From Vicugna vicugna (lineage: Eukaryota), in contig MU057640.1 in NCBI GenBank assembly GCA_013265495.1, positions 1,373,303 through 1,437,302 on the forward strand: a stretch of 64,000 nt of DNA, in the 5' to 3' direction. Each line of letters starts with the position of its first letter. Position 1 is the stretch's first letter. The notes beneath the pieces were generated by a model. The model ran no database searches. It saw only the letters and a list, made by a program, of their open reading frames with translations, and was not told the DNA's origin. Positions 63,389 through 64,000 of this stretch are shown here, piece after piece. Both the position numbers and the translations under genes were made by a program.

Positions 63389-64000
63389 ACTAGAGGTGTT
63401 TTCATCTGAGACACCCAGACCAGCAATGCTCATCATGGCTAATCCTGCACCACGGACAGACAGCAGCCCGCCTCAAGGAGGCCGGAGCAGATGAGACAAA
63501 GAATGACTCATTTTTATACCTGAATCACTAGGATTATGGATATTTTTGTTAATGAGTTCCAGAAACAAGAGAAGAGTCCACCTAACTCCCTGTGCACTTA
63601 TGCTGCACCCACAGGCCAGGTTTTGTTCATAAACAAACGTGTTTACAAATACATGTAAGGTCCCTTCTTCTTTGTTTAGGATGCACAATGATGATCTCTG
63701 CTGAAGCAAAAGATCTGTTTGTATTTCTATAATCTTGATGCCATTTACTGAAGCTACTGGAGTGTCACTGAGGTGACTGTTTTATTTCTTCTTGATGGAT
63801 TTATTAACAGGAGAAATTAACAGCATGAAAAGTCCCTACAAAGGCCTGAGAACTAAGTCTTAGTTATATATACTCAGTGCACTGCCTTTAGTGGAAAAGA
63901 GTGAAGCGTCCATCCTACAAAGTGCAGGAGCTTTGGACCAGGACCAACACTGAGAGGTATTTCCATTAAAGGACTTCTGTCATTTTATTTCTACAAAAAG

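Larger units (their letters stand above)
1..64000 (-). other. SIPA1L1: Internal segment of the SIPA1L1 transcription unit (8 coding exons plus introns; both ends outside the window)
   Basis: The spliced exons give a continuous frame [11 protein letters not shown]...KRHIGNDIV...GFHVNYEG...YRQKSMPEG, recognised as SIPA1L1 (RapGAP + PDZ). Intron phases 0,1,0,2,0,2,2 are compatible at every junction. Confidence 0.96.

Noticed and set aside
1..64000. Prokaryote-type systems (CRISPR arrays, operons, defence islands) or endogenous viral genes
   Set aside because: No regularly spaced repeats and no long intronless ORFs; the window is well explained as a mammalian intron-exon locus.

Overview
Mammalian genomic DNA lying entirely inside one gene, SIPA1L1 (SPAR/E6TP1, a Rap GTPase-activating PDZ scaffold), on the minus strand. 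Eight internal coding exons can be assembled with canonical GT-AG boundaries and matching phases: 61374-61562, 50063-50237, 41913-42016, 38850-39007, 29053-29626, 28155-28429, 19955-20224 and 1566-1715 (labelled A to H here). They encode the RapGAP domain with its KRHIGND catalytic motif, the PDZ domain and the start of the Ser-rich region. Both gene ends lie outside the window. The introns contain tRNA-Ala(AGC)-derived SINEs and young L1 3' ends with target-site duplications (TSDs), which point to a camelid genome. They also contain ancient L1M, L2, MIR, MaLR and hAT/Tigger relics. Repeat family names come from recalled consensus sequences and the repeat boundaries are approximate. I found no clearly new biological system. 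The best leads, all inferential, are: nested inverted young repeats flanking a phase-2/phase-2 exon block whose back-spliced circle would have a stop-free frame; a candidate poison or terminal exon at 6949-7052; and candidate intronic regulatory elements.
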